From: Octopus vulgaris
Taxonomy: Eukaryota
Direction: 5' to 3'
Assembly (NCBI GenBank): GCA_951406725.2
Contig: OX597829.1
Location: forward strand, 32,302,001-32,366,000
DNA: 64,000 nt
The notes below the pieces were generated by a model, which was not told the origin of the DNA, did no database searches, and saw nothing but the letters and a program-made list of their open reading frames with translations. A program made the position numbers and the translations under genes. Positions 1 to 11,594 of this stretch are shown one piece after another (position 1 is the stretch's first letter; every line of letters begins with the position of its first letter).

Positions 1-121
1 ACAGGGAATGGCTAGTTTTAGATTGGGCATAAGTTTCTAGTTGCATGCTTTGATAATTCAGTTGTGTGCTTGTATAATTCTGGTATGTGTGTGTGTGCGT
101 GCGCATGTGCAAGACTTGTCT

Positions 122-575
122 CCTGGCACATCTCATCAGTGATGTGATTTCGAGTCATCAGGGGTTTAGCCTTCTTAATATAGATGTTCTTGTCCAGACA
201 ACCCAGCCAGTGTCTGTCCTAGCTACAATTATTCATAGACCAACCCCTGAATCCAAAGCCACGAGGATTTTTTGCAGCTTCTCTTGTTAATTGTATTGTC
301 CTTCTTCGTTAACCCATGTAAATCCAAGTTGCTTGAGGACTGTGCAGAATGAGTATCTTGCAATGTCTCTACCACCACTTCTATAGGATCATGTATTTTG
401 AAGATTTGCTGACCATTTGCTGGTACTTCATACATTTTAGCAGCAGCACCATTCCTAGGGTGCTGCATTCAATTGTGGGCCTCTCTTGACTGTTGTAGAG
501 TTATCAGCAGCTCTTTAGTACTGTAAAATCTTCTGGTTCTGAAGTGAACCATTAGTATTTTTGAAGTAGTTCACA
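122..575 (-). mobile_element. Decayed 3' end of a Hero/NeSL-like non-LTR retrotransposon (restriction-like endonuclease region plus 3' UTR)
   Basis: Frameshifted minus-strand reading gives PIEV(G)...GLTKK...EAA.K.S.WLWI, the C-terminal signature of RLE elements. It is followed by a 3' UTR ending ...CACATCACTGATGAGATGTGCCAGG. Related copies lie at 2255-2480 and 16860-17190. Confidence 0.55.
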
Positions 576-577
576 TT

Positions 578-1239
578 AAAAAAAAAAAAAAAAAGTCTCT
601 AAAGATGAGGTTAATTAAGTTCAGGAAATTATATTTGTTCTTTAGTTTCTGTATTTCTTTTACTATGAAGTATTACATTAACTGTTCCTTATGAATACAA
701 CTTGATAAAATTAATGTTTTCAGCAAGTTATTTTGCATATTCTAAAACAAAAAAAACAAAACAAAACATTCAGGCTTTTATCATTCAGGCTGCATCTGAA
801 AATTTCAAATCAATGAATGAAGAATTTTTTCATTCAACTAAAAAATTTTCAAGGCGGTGCTGCATCATGGCCATGGTTGGTCTGAAACAAGTAAATGAAA
901 GATGTGATATCATCTATAGACATTTTGAGCTCTAGTATTACTATTAAGTTTTCTATGTTAAATCATGCATTCAGATTAAATTTTAATGAAGCAAGAAGGA
1001 TGTCTTCATTGCAACAATAAAAATGTATCAGTAATTATGATTTTCTAAAATCTTGATTAGTGCTTTAATTTCTTGTGAATTTGGCAACATTAGTTGTTTT
1101 GAGTAGTTCTATAATCTGATGTTCCAACTGTAACCATCTCACCTTTTCATTTATAAAGGGCAACATTCTTTGAACTGGTTTAAAATTGTAGGGGTTTAAA
1201 AAAAAAAAATTTAACTGTTATTTCTTATAGCTTGAGCAA
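578..1239. repeat. Local segmental duplication, copy A (about 650 bp, direct repeat of 4762-5380)
   Basis: Colinear and highly similar by eye, from attaagttcaggaaattatatttg through ...tttcttatagcttgagcaa in both copies. Confidence 0.9.
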
Positions 1240-1339
1240 ACCCTTTAGTTAGCATATTTCTGTAGGATTGTTTTGGTCATCTCTGATGAGCAGGTGATAG
1301 GCCCAAACCACCTGAGCTTGCGTTTCTTTATTGTGGTGA

Positions 1340-1910
1340 GAAGTTCCTTATAGGGCCCTATTGCCTGCCTTATCTTTCTTTTCACTTCCTAATTCATGAC
1401 ATGATCTCTGTATGATATTCCCAAAACATCTGAAACATTTCTTCTCTGCAGCCTGGATTCTTCTTTTGATTTCGGCTGTCAGTGTCCATGTCTCACAGAT
1501 GTACAGAATATTGAGATTACTAGTGATCTCATTAGTTAAATTTTGGAGCTCAGTGAGATACTTCTGACTTTCCACAGTGAAGATTTAATCCAAGTCTTTG
1601 GAACTGTTAAAGCCACTGACTCTAATATTAGTATTGATTCCGTTTGGGCTGTTTGTCATAACTTGTTTTCTCTCTGTTTATCTCCATGCCAAATTCATTG
1701 GAAGTCTTGTCTAGATGCTCTACTAGTTGTTTCAATTCTTGTTCTTAACCCATCAGTCTGACAATATCATGTATAAAGTGCAGGTTTGTTAGGTTTCTGC
1801 TGCCAATGCTAATTGTACCATGTGATCTTCTAAGTGCAACTATCATAATCCTCTCAAGGAAGATGTTGAACAAGTTCGGCAAGAGAAGGCAGCCTTGTCT
1901 TACACCAATC
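1340..1910 (-). mobile_element. Degenerate RTE-clade LINE, reverse transcriptase fragment
   Basis: Minus strand encodes IGVRQGCLLLPNLFNIFLERI (1850-1910) and ICETWTLTAEIKRRIQAAEKKCFR (ORF 1348-1575), with frameshifts and stops. Confidence 0.8.
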
Positions 1911-2254
1911 GACTAAAACAAATAAATAATGTAAAAGATAGTTGTAACTAATGTTTTTATGATAGTTCTACTCTTTGTAGAGCAACACCACAGAATGGAC
2001 ACCTATCACATACAAGCACTGGTATTGTCACTGAATATCTCAGTATTTCGTATTGAAAATGTTTTGATATTATATAATACATAGACATATACACATGCAT
2101 TTTAGTTCCAATGCTAATGGTATATAATACTTTGAAGATATTCATAATGATGTAACTTGTATAATATTTAGCAAATCAGCCTTGTGGGTTGTGTATATTG
2201 ATGATGATGATGATGATAGATTCTGCACAGTCTTAGTTTTATTTTATTTTCATA

Positions 2255-2480
2255 AGATAATGTGTTTTGAAGACTTGTTGATCAGTTGCTGGTATTTCTT
2301 GCATTTTAGTAGCAGCACCATCTCAGGGGTGCTGTATTCAATTGCAGGCCTCACTTGACTTTTGTAGAGTATCAGCAGTTATTTGTTTCTGAAATATTTT
2401 CTGGCTGGAGTGAAACATTAATGTTTTTGAAGCAGTCATCACTATGCTGAGGACATGCTTTTGACAGGCGAAAACTTAGC
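2255..2480 (-). mobile_element. Second Hero-like RLE fragment, homologous to 380-575
   Basis: gcattttagtagcagcaccatctcaggggtgctgtattcaattgcaggcctcacttgac aligns with 413-490. Confidence 0.5.
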
Positions 2481-2934
2481 TGATGGTGAGCCCCCCAACA
2501 TTTGGTGCATTAAATATGTTTATGTATTAAGTGTGTGTTCATACACACACACACACACACACACACAAAGTAATCAGAAATAATTAAATTACATTGATAA
2601 GTTTTAGAATTCAACTGCGTTACTCAAGTTTTTGTTTTTTATTTTTTAAATAGATCTTATTTGAAGATTAAAAATTTATTTTTAAATGTTAATATCTTGT
2701 CCTCTTGCCTACCATTTTTTGGTTTTGTTTTTACAAAATTAAATCCTGTTTTTCTTTCTCTTCCTTCCATTTATTGCTCTTCCTCTCTCTTGCTATCCCT
2801 CCCTCCCTGTCTACATGCTCTCCTCTTGTCTTTCTTGAGTTGAAAAGAAAATGTTAAAGATATTGTCAATTTAAAATTATAACCCTAAATTGGTTTTGAC
2901 ATTTAATAATTACCTTAGGATAATTAAAAAAAAA

Positions 2935-3390
2935 TTTATTCCTTCTAATTTAAATACAAGGCCAGCAATTTTAGGAGATTGTTGTTGGTTGGTTACATTG
3001 ACCACAGTGCTTAACATGTGTGTTATTTTATTGACCCTGAAGGGATGAAAGGCGAAGGATTTTGCCTTTCATCCTTTCAGGGCTGATAAAATGATACCTG
3101 TCAAGCCCTGGTGTCAGTGGTATGAATAATTCCCTTATCTTCAATTTCAGGCTTTGTGCCTATGCTTGAAACCAGAAAAAATGCTTTGTGAAGCATTACA
3201 ACATCAGAAACATATGCTTGTGGCATTTGTTCCAAGTAATGTTCTGAGTTCAAAACTTGTCAAGACCAATTCAACCTTTCAAACTTTTGGGGGATGATAC
3301 TATAAAAGTACATCAGGTTGATGGCATCAACTAAACCCTCCTTTCCCTTAAATTGTTGGCCTTGTACCTAAATGGAAAATTATTATTTAT
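2935..3390. mobile_element. Cluster of tRNA-headed SINE fragments (family with ctgagttcaaat...gactttgcctttcatcctttcgggg); the first two are back-to-back inverted
   Basis: gaccctgaagggatgaaaggcgaa is immediately followed by ttgcctttcatcctttcagggc. A third copy starts at about 3210. Confidence 0.65.
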
Positions 3391-4518
3391 CTATTTAAAA
3401 AGCTGCATGATTTGGTACTTCTAGAAATTGGGTTACTTTAGAGTTTTTGTTTTCAGTCCAACATAACTTTCTGTTGTAATTCTTTTAAGCTTCTTATTTT
3501 GTAATTTAGAAATTATTTTTTAATATACTGAAAAAGAAAAAAAAAATTAGAGACTAACCTTCTTAATTTGGTTTTAATTCCTAATTTAACTATCAATTTT
3601 TAGAATGTTGTAATGACTGGATTCTTTTACACTTTAATTATAGTTCTTTATCTTTAGTCCTTTCTTCAACTTTTATTTTGTTGGTTGGTTTTTTCTTTGG
3701 TGTTATCTTTATATATATATTACATAATTTTTTTTTTTACTTATTGACATTTTAAAATTTATATTTTACTTTATAATTTTCCTTGGGCGTGTGCATGCAT
3801 ACACACATGTACATATACACACTGGAACACATGCATACAGACACAATTTAAAGACTAACTGATGTATATGATTTTTATTTTCTTTCTTCAGAAAGTTGTC
3901 AGTATATTTGTGTTTGCACTTTTGTGTGTTGTGAATATTAACTTAATGTTTTCATTTGATAGTAAGAAAAAAAAATTTAAGACATTTAAAGAAAGATTTA
4001 CATGTTCAATATAACAAGATATTACTTCAGCATAATTACCAATAATCTACAGAAATGAATTGTATATGTTCAAGAGTTACATATTTATTAGTTCTTGTTA
4101 AAGAAGTCTTCGAAATAATATTGTAAAATATTGCAGAATGCAAGCATATTGAATTCTTTATTCAACTATCCACAATGCTGTGAAATTTCTTGTCTATGTT
4201 ACTACGGGTCTATCTTGCCTTTGTATCTACAGGGGGAAATTTCCTTTAAGAATAGTAAACAAATCAATGTTTTGATGAAAAATATTAGGTGGGTGGGCAA
4301 TATGTTACAATATTATGTTGGTTTTGTAGAAACTGTAACAATTTTCTGGCAATTGGTTGTACTGTCTTTTCAGTTATCAAAGCAATGAGTAAAAAAAAAA
4401 AAAAAAAAAAAAAAAATCACTGTCTTCTAAGTCATTATGATACCAGATCTACTGATATGAAACATGATGAGCTATCACTAAGAACTATATATATGTCTGT
4501 GTGGCTGTACTTTTTCTC

Positions 4519-4557
<39 letters not shown>

Positions 4558-4761
4558 TAGTTGATATTAGTTGATATGACCAGCCTCTAGGTGAAGCCTG
4601 AGAAAGTAATTTTTTGTTATAATATACATGTTACCCTCTACACCTAGTATTAATTTTTATCACATGTTTGCGTCCTATAATTAGCAAATTATATGATAAA
4701 AGTCATGGCCATTTACCCTTCCTCTGAGACTCAACAGGTTTTTTAAAAAATTGTAAATATA

Positions 4762-5380
4762 TAAAAAAAATATCTTTAAAAATGAGATTAAGTTCAGGAA
4801 ATTATATTTGTTATTTAGTTTCTGTATTTCTTTTACTATGAAGTATTACATTAGCTGTTCCTTATGAATACAACTTGATAAAATTAATGTTTTGAGCAAG
4901 TTATTTTTCATATTCTTTGAAAAAAACCCAAAAACATTCAGGCTTTTATCATTCAGACTGCAACTGAATATTTCAAATCTTTCATTCAACTAAAAAAATT
5001 TTTAAGGCAGTGCTACATCATGGCCATAGTTGGTCTGAAACAAGTAAATGAAAGATGTGATATTATCATCTATAGACATTTTGAGCTCTAGTATTACTAT
5101 TATTCAAATTAAATTGTAATGAAGCAAGAAGGATGTCTTCATTGCAACAATAAAAAAAGTATCAGTAATTACGATTTTCTAAAATCTTAATTAGTGCTTT
5201 AATTTCTTTTCTTGTGATTTTAGCAACAGTAGTTGTTTTGAGTAGTTCTATGATCAAAGCTGTTCCAACTGTAACCATCTCACCTTTTTATTTATAAAGG
5301 GCAACATTCTTTGTTCTGTTCTAAAATTGTAGGGTGTTTTTTTTTTAAAATTTAGCTGCTATTTCTTATAGCTTGAGCAA
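4762..5380. repeat. Local segmental duplication, copy B
   Basis: Direct repeat of 578-1239 with small indels. Confidence 0.9.
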
Positions 5381-5699
5381 TCAGTGAGTGGCTGTCTTGT
5401 CCTGTTGAAGTTGGATTCTGAAGCACATTCTGAAGCTTATGAAAAGAAATTTCTCAGCTCACTTGCACATCCTTTTCATTCTGTTTAATACATTTTTGGG
5501 GATATTTCTGTTGAGACAGACTGCCTTTGTTCCAATTAAATATGAAAATAAATTAGTAAAATAACTTTGTAATCATTAAGCTGTGTAAGTTAACATAAAA
5601 TTTGGGTGGAAAGTTTTTAGATCACTTTAAAACAAGTTTGTACCCCAGAAACAATTTCAGTTGGGTTGGTATCGAAAAAGTTAACTGGGTATGTTTTTG

Positions 5700-6616
5700 T
5701 CCTTTGATATAAATATAGTTAAATTTATATTATTTAACCATGCAATTGAAAAGATTAGGTGAATGGTCAGTGTTTTTTTTGTACATTTTCTTTGCAATTA
5801 AAAGATGTCTTTTGGAAAATGGTATTGTACTGCCTAGCATATTTTCTGAAATTTCCCCCACATCTGTCTGATCTTCAAATAATTTCCTCATTTCTGGTGG
5901 TAAGTCAGGTAGTGGTGCTAAATTGAGTTTTCTGTTCATACAGTAAAAGTTGGCAGTTTCTCCCAGAAATTTGAAAGCTCTACAATGGGGGAACGATAGA
6001 CAACAATATCTTGATGGTTGCAGTGTCGAAAGTGTTGGTTTCAAAGTCATTGAAGTTGTCTGTTCTTCATTTTCATTTAAATGAACTTGCTGTTGTCTCA
6101 TTTGAGCTTGCTTTAGTCTTTCAGCCCTTTGATTATAATTTTCGTTTAAACATCAGATTTGTTGACTTTTCAATCTACATTGTCTCTGTTCTTCAGTTTC
6201 AAGTCTTAATTGCTCTCTCTTTTTATTCAGACATCTTTCTCTGATTAGTTGATACCCCTCCCTTTCTCCGATTCTTTTGGCTTTGGGTATTGGATGGCTC
6301 AAATCAGGCCTTTTTGGTGGCATCTGGAAAAATTATTCTTATGAATTTTATAAAAAATATCTCATAAAAATATAGGGAGAATATCTATCTTTCAGTCCAT
6401 GGCACTCCGAAAGTTGTATAAATGATTTGGGGAAGGAAAAAAGGCTGGACGGCAGTAGCTGTGACAACTCTCTGAAGTGCCGCCGCCACTATTTGACATT
6501 TTCAACTTGATTTTTTTTTTTTTCATAAAGGAGGAAATGACTGTTTTCTTTGTAATCTTTGTCATATTAATCAAAGGGCAGGAAAACACAAACTTTGAGT
6601 TTTAGTAATATATATG
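5700..6616 (-). mobile_element. Helitron 5' fragment with decayed N-terminal part of Rep-Helicase
   Basis: ORF 5730-6101 contains PHCRAFKFLGETANFYCMNRKLNLAPLPDLPPEMRKLF, matching the C..C.A.KF..E...CC..GK..LP.L...P motif of RepHel. The minus-strand start TATATTACTAAAACTC resembles Helitron 5' ends. Confidence 0.7.
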
Positions 6617-7049
6617 TGTGTTATATTTATTGCACTAGGTGCAACTAAAAGTTACTGTTTTATTTGCATCTCTTAATAGTAATCATATTAAACTTCTGCA
6701 TTATTCCATGGGTTCTATGCAGTCTGAAAAGAGCTATACATAATTGTCTTATATCTCCCAGGCATTCTATAAAAATTGCATGTCCATGATATATATCTTG
6801 TCTTTGCCTAAAGATGTGTTTGGTATGATTAAACGTATCTGATGAATTTTTTTGCTATATTGTGGTTCACTTGGTTATTGCCTGATATTTATTGTCCAAT
6901 CTGCATCACTTAAAAAAATACCAGACATATTTAAATTCTATAGAGAGAATATGTGGATTTTCAATAAAATTAAAGTTTTAGTCATCATACTGTGGTTGTC
7001 ATTCAAACTCTTTTAATTGTAATACCAAACTTTTTTTCTGAGCAAAACA

Positions 7050-7096
<47 letters not shown>

Positions 7097-7534
7097 CACA
7101 CACACACACACACACATGTGCTTATGTTCAGACATACTCTACAGAAAATTCTTTCTTACCCTGTGGCATGTTAAAATCAACTTTTCTATAAGCCATTGTG
7201 CGCTTGTGTCTATACACATAAAGGAAGACTATATATTCGTATTAAACTATTGTGTGGAAGGTTTAAAAATACAAGGATCTAGAATGTATTTATTGCAATA
7301 ATTACATCATTTTCTTTTCTCTTCTACTGTTGTTTAATGAAATATCTGAAAATGTTTTTGAATGCTTTTTTTTTTTGTTAAAATTGCTTTACATTTTATG
7401 CTTAACTGTTTGTCTTGAAAATAAAATGTAAAATCAAACAATATCTATTTCAATTTGATTAACCATTGCTTTATTAATATAATTACACATGTATCATTCT
7501 TTATTTTCTTTTTCTTTTTACCTGCTATCTTCAG

Positions 7535-7552
7535 TGAGCGACAACTTTTTCG
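7535..7552 (+). CDS. MAPK8IP3: 18-nt microexon of the JIP3/JIP4 gene, (x)SDNFF(G), phase 1 to phase 1
   Basis: Long pyrimidine tract, then cctgctatcttcAG|TGAGCGACAACTTTTTCG|GTAAGA. It joins in frame to the 16617 exon to give SDNFFGMGKE, matching DDFFGMGKEV of vertebrate JIP3. Confidence 0.85.
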
Positions 7553-8651
7553 GTAAGATTACTGTCCTAAGCCCATCTCTCTTTAAGTTGTTGCTTTGCA
7601 GCATTCAAGCACTGTTGAAGAGGCTTTAAATATTGTCCTTTCTTTTTTTATTTGTTAAATAGATCCCATGATTTGGTTTATAATATAGCATTATATAATA
7701 TCCATAAGGAAAGAAAAAAATTATGCAACAAGGCTTGACAAGGATTGTCTTTTGTGTTCTGCCATGTCTTGCTACATTTCCTTGGATGTCTGTGTTTTTT
7801 GTGCGCGTGTGCACATTTGCTTGCTTTTGTATTTGTACTGTTTTGTTTAATGTCCTTGTAAATATCTGTACCATTTGTATGTGAAGTCCTGATGAATCAG
7901 TATTCTTTATTTGTACTGCTTATTCTGTTGGTCATTGTCATTTTATGTTTAACATTCTCAGTGTATTAAAACTATTATGTTGTATATGAATCAACATATT
8001 TTGTAACTTCAATGTTCTTACATTAAAAAGTGTCCCACAATATTTGTCAAGTGTTCAAATTGATTTCTCGTAACATAGCATGTTGTTGGCATTTTTATGT
8101 TTTATCGTCTGCAAATGTCTGAATTGTTCACTGTTGTAAACTGCTTTCCGTCAGTCTTTGTTGTGTATGTGTGGTCTTGTTGATGTGATTCTTCCAGTAA
8201 GTCCCAGTAATCTACTGGGTCTCGTCAATCAACTAGAATTCTTCTCTGCAAACTCATGACCCTATTTCTGTAGAATAAATCATTACTGCAATCTAACTTT
8301 GAGTATTAGGATTTAGCCCTGCAAGCTCAATGCATTTTTCACTGCAAAAAGCATTGATTTTTGTACTTTCTCCTGATACATATTTAACTCAGACATTGTA
8401 TTTTTTAGTAGCATTTCTAATAGACACCCATCCAACACATCAAGTAGAAACAACTAAATAGCTGAGTTGCTACAATGAGTGGTTGAAATCTTTTGAGCTA
8501 AATCAATTTACACATTTAAGATTGTATAATTTTCGATCCTGGACTTCACTATGTAGTGTATTTTGAAAATTTACACTAAATCATAGCATCAAAATGTGGT
8601 TTTCAAAAAAAGTGTCATATTGAAAATAGAAAATATCTAGAAGCAAATATA

Positions 8652-9452
8652 TCTGGCCTGTTGTCATAGTAACGAAGCTAAAGCATGCAGAGTGAAGCTG
8701 CTAGGCAAAGAGTGTCCTTTAACTCTACAGTGCATGCACACTAAGTTATCACATTCTAGCTCACTTCTGCTGTTTCCAGCAGTACTTGGAAGGAATGTGT
8801 GTAGCGTGTGATTGTCACATTGACCATGATAGTGAAAGTTGAGCAGAGAATCTGCTAAAAGCTTGGCAATACCGGCTCAGAGGCCTATGCAAAGTTTTCA
8901 AAAAGTTTTCCTTGTTCTCAAGACTATCAAGGTCTTGTGCAACTGAAACCCATGTCTTTTTGGTCAGCTGAAAGCAGTTTTGTCACAAACTTGGCAGACA
9001 TGTATCTTATATACAAATCCTCAGTGATAATGTACTGAACTAAACTGCAACTAATCTGCACATCCTCTAATAACTCAAGGATGGTGATTCGATGATTCCC
9101 CCCCCCCCCCCCTTCACAGCTGCAGGAACACCTGTGATGTTTTTCTTGGCCATCTTGGAAACATCTGAACCACTCATACACTCGTGTGCAGCTCATACAT
9201 TTTCTATAACTGTGTAGGCCTCTGAGCAGGTATTGCCATAACAACTTTCCCTATCATGGTCAATGTGATGATCACATGCTACACACCTTCCTTCCAAGCA
9301 CTGCTGTAAACAGTGGAAGTGAGCTAGAATGTGATAACTTAGTGTGCATGCACAACAGAGTTCAAGGTCAATCTTTACCTAGCAGCTTCACTCTGTGTGC
9401 TTTAGCCTCGTTATTATAACAGTCTGGATACTTATTGGTCAGACCTTGTGTA
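8652..9452 (-). mobile_element. Mariner-derived element with about 240-bp inverted arms and a decayed N-terminal transposase
   Basis: ORF 8927-9244 contains RVYEWFRCFQDG...RITILELLEDVQIS...IITEDLYIRYMSAKFVTKLLSADQK (HTH plus a WVPK-like linker). 8652-8897 is the reverse complement of about 9200-9428. Confidence 0.8.
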
Positions 9453-9457
9453 TGTAA

Positions 9458-9503
<46 letters not shown>

Positions 9504-9514
9504 CATATAGGTAC

Positions 9515-9862
9515 AGGCAGGTCTGTATGGGAAGAAACTTGCTTCCCAACCACATGGTTCCATGTTGGTTCAGTCCCACTGCATGGCATCTTGGGAAAGT
9601 GTCTTCTACTATAGCCTTGTGTTGACCAAAGCCTTGTGAGTGGGTTTGGTATATGGACAATGAAAGAAGCCTGCCATATATGTATATGTCTGTATTTGTC
9701 CCTACCATCACTGCTTGGCAACCAGTGTTGGTGTGTTTATGTCCCTGTAACTTAGCAGTTCAACAAAATAGAACAAGTCCTGGGATTGATTTTTTTTGAT
9801 TAAAATCCTTCAAGGTGGCACTCTAGCATGGTTGTAGTAAAATGACAAACAAATAAAAGAAT
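9515..9862 (+). mobile_element. tRNA-headed CORE-like SINE
   Basis: Head ...gcttcccaaccacatggttcc...ggttcagtcccactgcatggcatcttgggaaagtgtctt and tail ...aaacaaataaaagaata. Same family as 36878, 49895, 57517, 58630 and 60420. Confidence 0.75.
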
Positions 9863-9929
9863 AGGAAAACATGATAAACACAAGATGAAATTTATATCAT
9901 TTGTTCCCAACATGTTTCACCATTGTGGT

Positions 9930-10850
9930 TAACTGCAGCCTCTGCAGTGGATGTTCCTAGTGCAAGAGAAAGATAATGCCATTATTATCACTGAGGCAAT
10001 CTCTAAGAGGGTGACCTGGTGCACTGCATACCCGGTGCTTTTCCTCTTGGAACTGCTTGCAAAAGGAAGAGCATCAGGTATGTATCAACAAAGTGTAATC
10101 TCCCAGTCATCCTACATAAGTCCACAATCTTGGTCTCCAGGTACTCTGTTATGGCTTTTGAGGGGTTTGGGGAACCAAGAATGCAGACAGCGTTCCTTGA
10201 TATCAGCCAAGCCTCTGCCGAGATGGGATGAATGCTGAGTATGGTGTCTTGGAATTCAGTTTCACCATAGCTCATGTTTATCACCTCTGACTTGGATGGG
10301 TTGATTTCAAGCCCAAGAAGCTTTAGGACTGAGATGATTTGCTGAAGGTCGCCAACTACAGACTCAGCTGAGTCACCTAAGGTCACGTCATCCAAGTTAT
10401 GAGACATTGAAGGGTGAGAGGACTAATTGGGTAACATCATTGACAACCAATGCAAAAAGATGTGGACCAAGAGGGTCACCCTGCTGGACACCTGTTAAAG
10501 AAACAGCCCTGTTAGCAGCAGCCATGAGTGTGTTGGAGTTCCATAGGTGATGTATGCTGTATGTAATGTCTGGCCACATGGTCAGCAGCCTCACATTCAC
10601 ACTTGACTCCCGCCCCCAGCTAGACAGGGGTTAGTGCCTCCTTCAGGTCATCCCAGTCTGATCTACATGCTATCCCAGCCACAAACCATCGAAAGATGTT
10701 GTCCCCTATTATTGGATGGATGCCTCTGCTCTCTTCCCTGAGCATTTTCTGATTGGCTGAGAAGAGATCTTGGGCATGGCAGGAGAAGGTCTGCATGAAG
10801 ACTATCTGTAAGTGCAGTGATAAATCAGAGCAAGTGTGCGCCCACCTTTA
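9930..10850 (-). mobile_element. Degenerate CRE-like (RLE-class) non-LTR retrotransposon, RT fragment
   Basis: GVQQGDPLGPHLFAL (ORF 10397-10600), then after a frameshift LDDVTLG...LGLEINPSKSEV (ORF 10003-10407). GC-rich relative to the flanks. Confidence 0.75.
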
Positions 10851-11139
10851 GTAATTGTTATAGAAATTAAGTATTGAAAATAGCTGTTCATGTCCAACAA
10901 TATAATCATAACCAAATAGTCATACAGTACAACATACCAACCCATAGATCAATGGTTACATCTATATGGATCTAAAGACATTATATATATGATGTATATA
11001 TAGATCAAAGTACAAATGAGGATATGAACCTCAGAGGGATAAACATATCCAAGATTAGACTGGTTTAATGCCTAACAAAGCAGGCACATACATACATAGT
11101 ATTATTAATATTGTACAAAACAAGAGAGAAGATAGCGAT

Positions 11140-11594
11140 AGGATTAATAAGATCTGGTCATCAAATCTAAGTAGAGACTTCAAACTTGAAATCTTCAAAG
11201 CCACAGTCGAACCAATTCTACTATATGGCTCAGAAACCTGGATGTTATCAAAGAAGCCTCCTTATGAGAGCTCAAAATCTCTTGTGGAAGCGTCATCCAT
11301 CCAAAATGCAAATATATGGGAAACAACCACCTGTGTCATCTCTTGGGAAAGGTAGGAGAGTCCAGTTTGCTGGACATTGTTGTAGAGCTGAAAACGAGGC
11401 AATTTCTACTCTTCTCCTCTGGAAGCCATCTACTCGCAATACCAGAGGGCGCACACTCTCTTACCCTGATGTAATCTCCAGGGATACAGGCATCCAGCAA
11501 CAGGACCTCCATAATGCCATGATGGACCGTGAAGTCGGGCGTAACATGGTAAATTCCATTGTCTCAACCACGGTCGAACAATGATGATGATGAT
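11140..11594 (+). mobile_element. 5'-truncated RTE-X-like LINE 3' end with (TGA)n tail
   Basis: KLEIFKATVEPILLYGSETW, then RRVQFAGHCCRAENE...LLLWKPS...AMMDRE, ending in tgatgatgatga. Confidence 0.8.

Noticed and set aside
5372-5383. Apparent 12-nt exon tAG|CTTGAGCAATCA|GTGAGT
   Set aside because: It has an in-frame TGA in the required phase 1, lies in a repeat-like motif at the edge of the duplication, and copy A lacks the donor.
9515-9600. tRNA-like A/B boxes (also at 49900 and 57840-57905)
   Set aside because: These are SINE heads with no complete cloverleaf, not tRNA genes.
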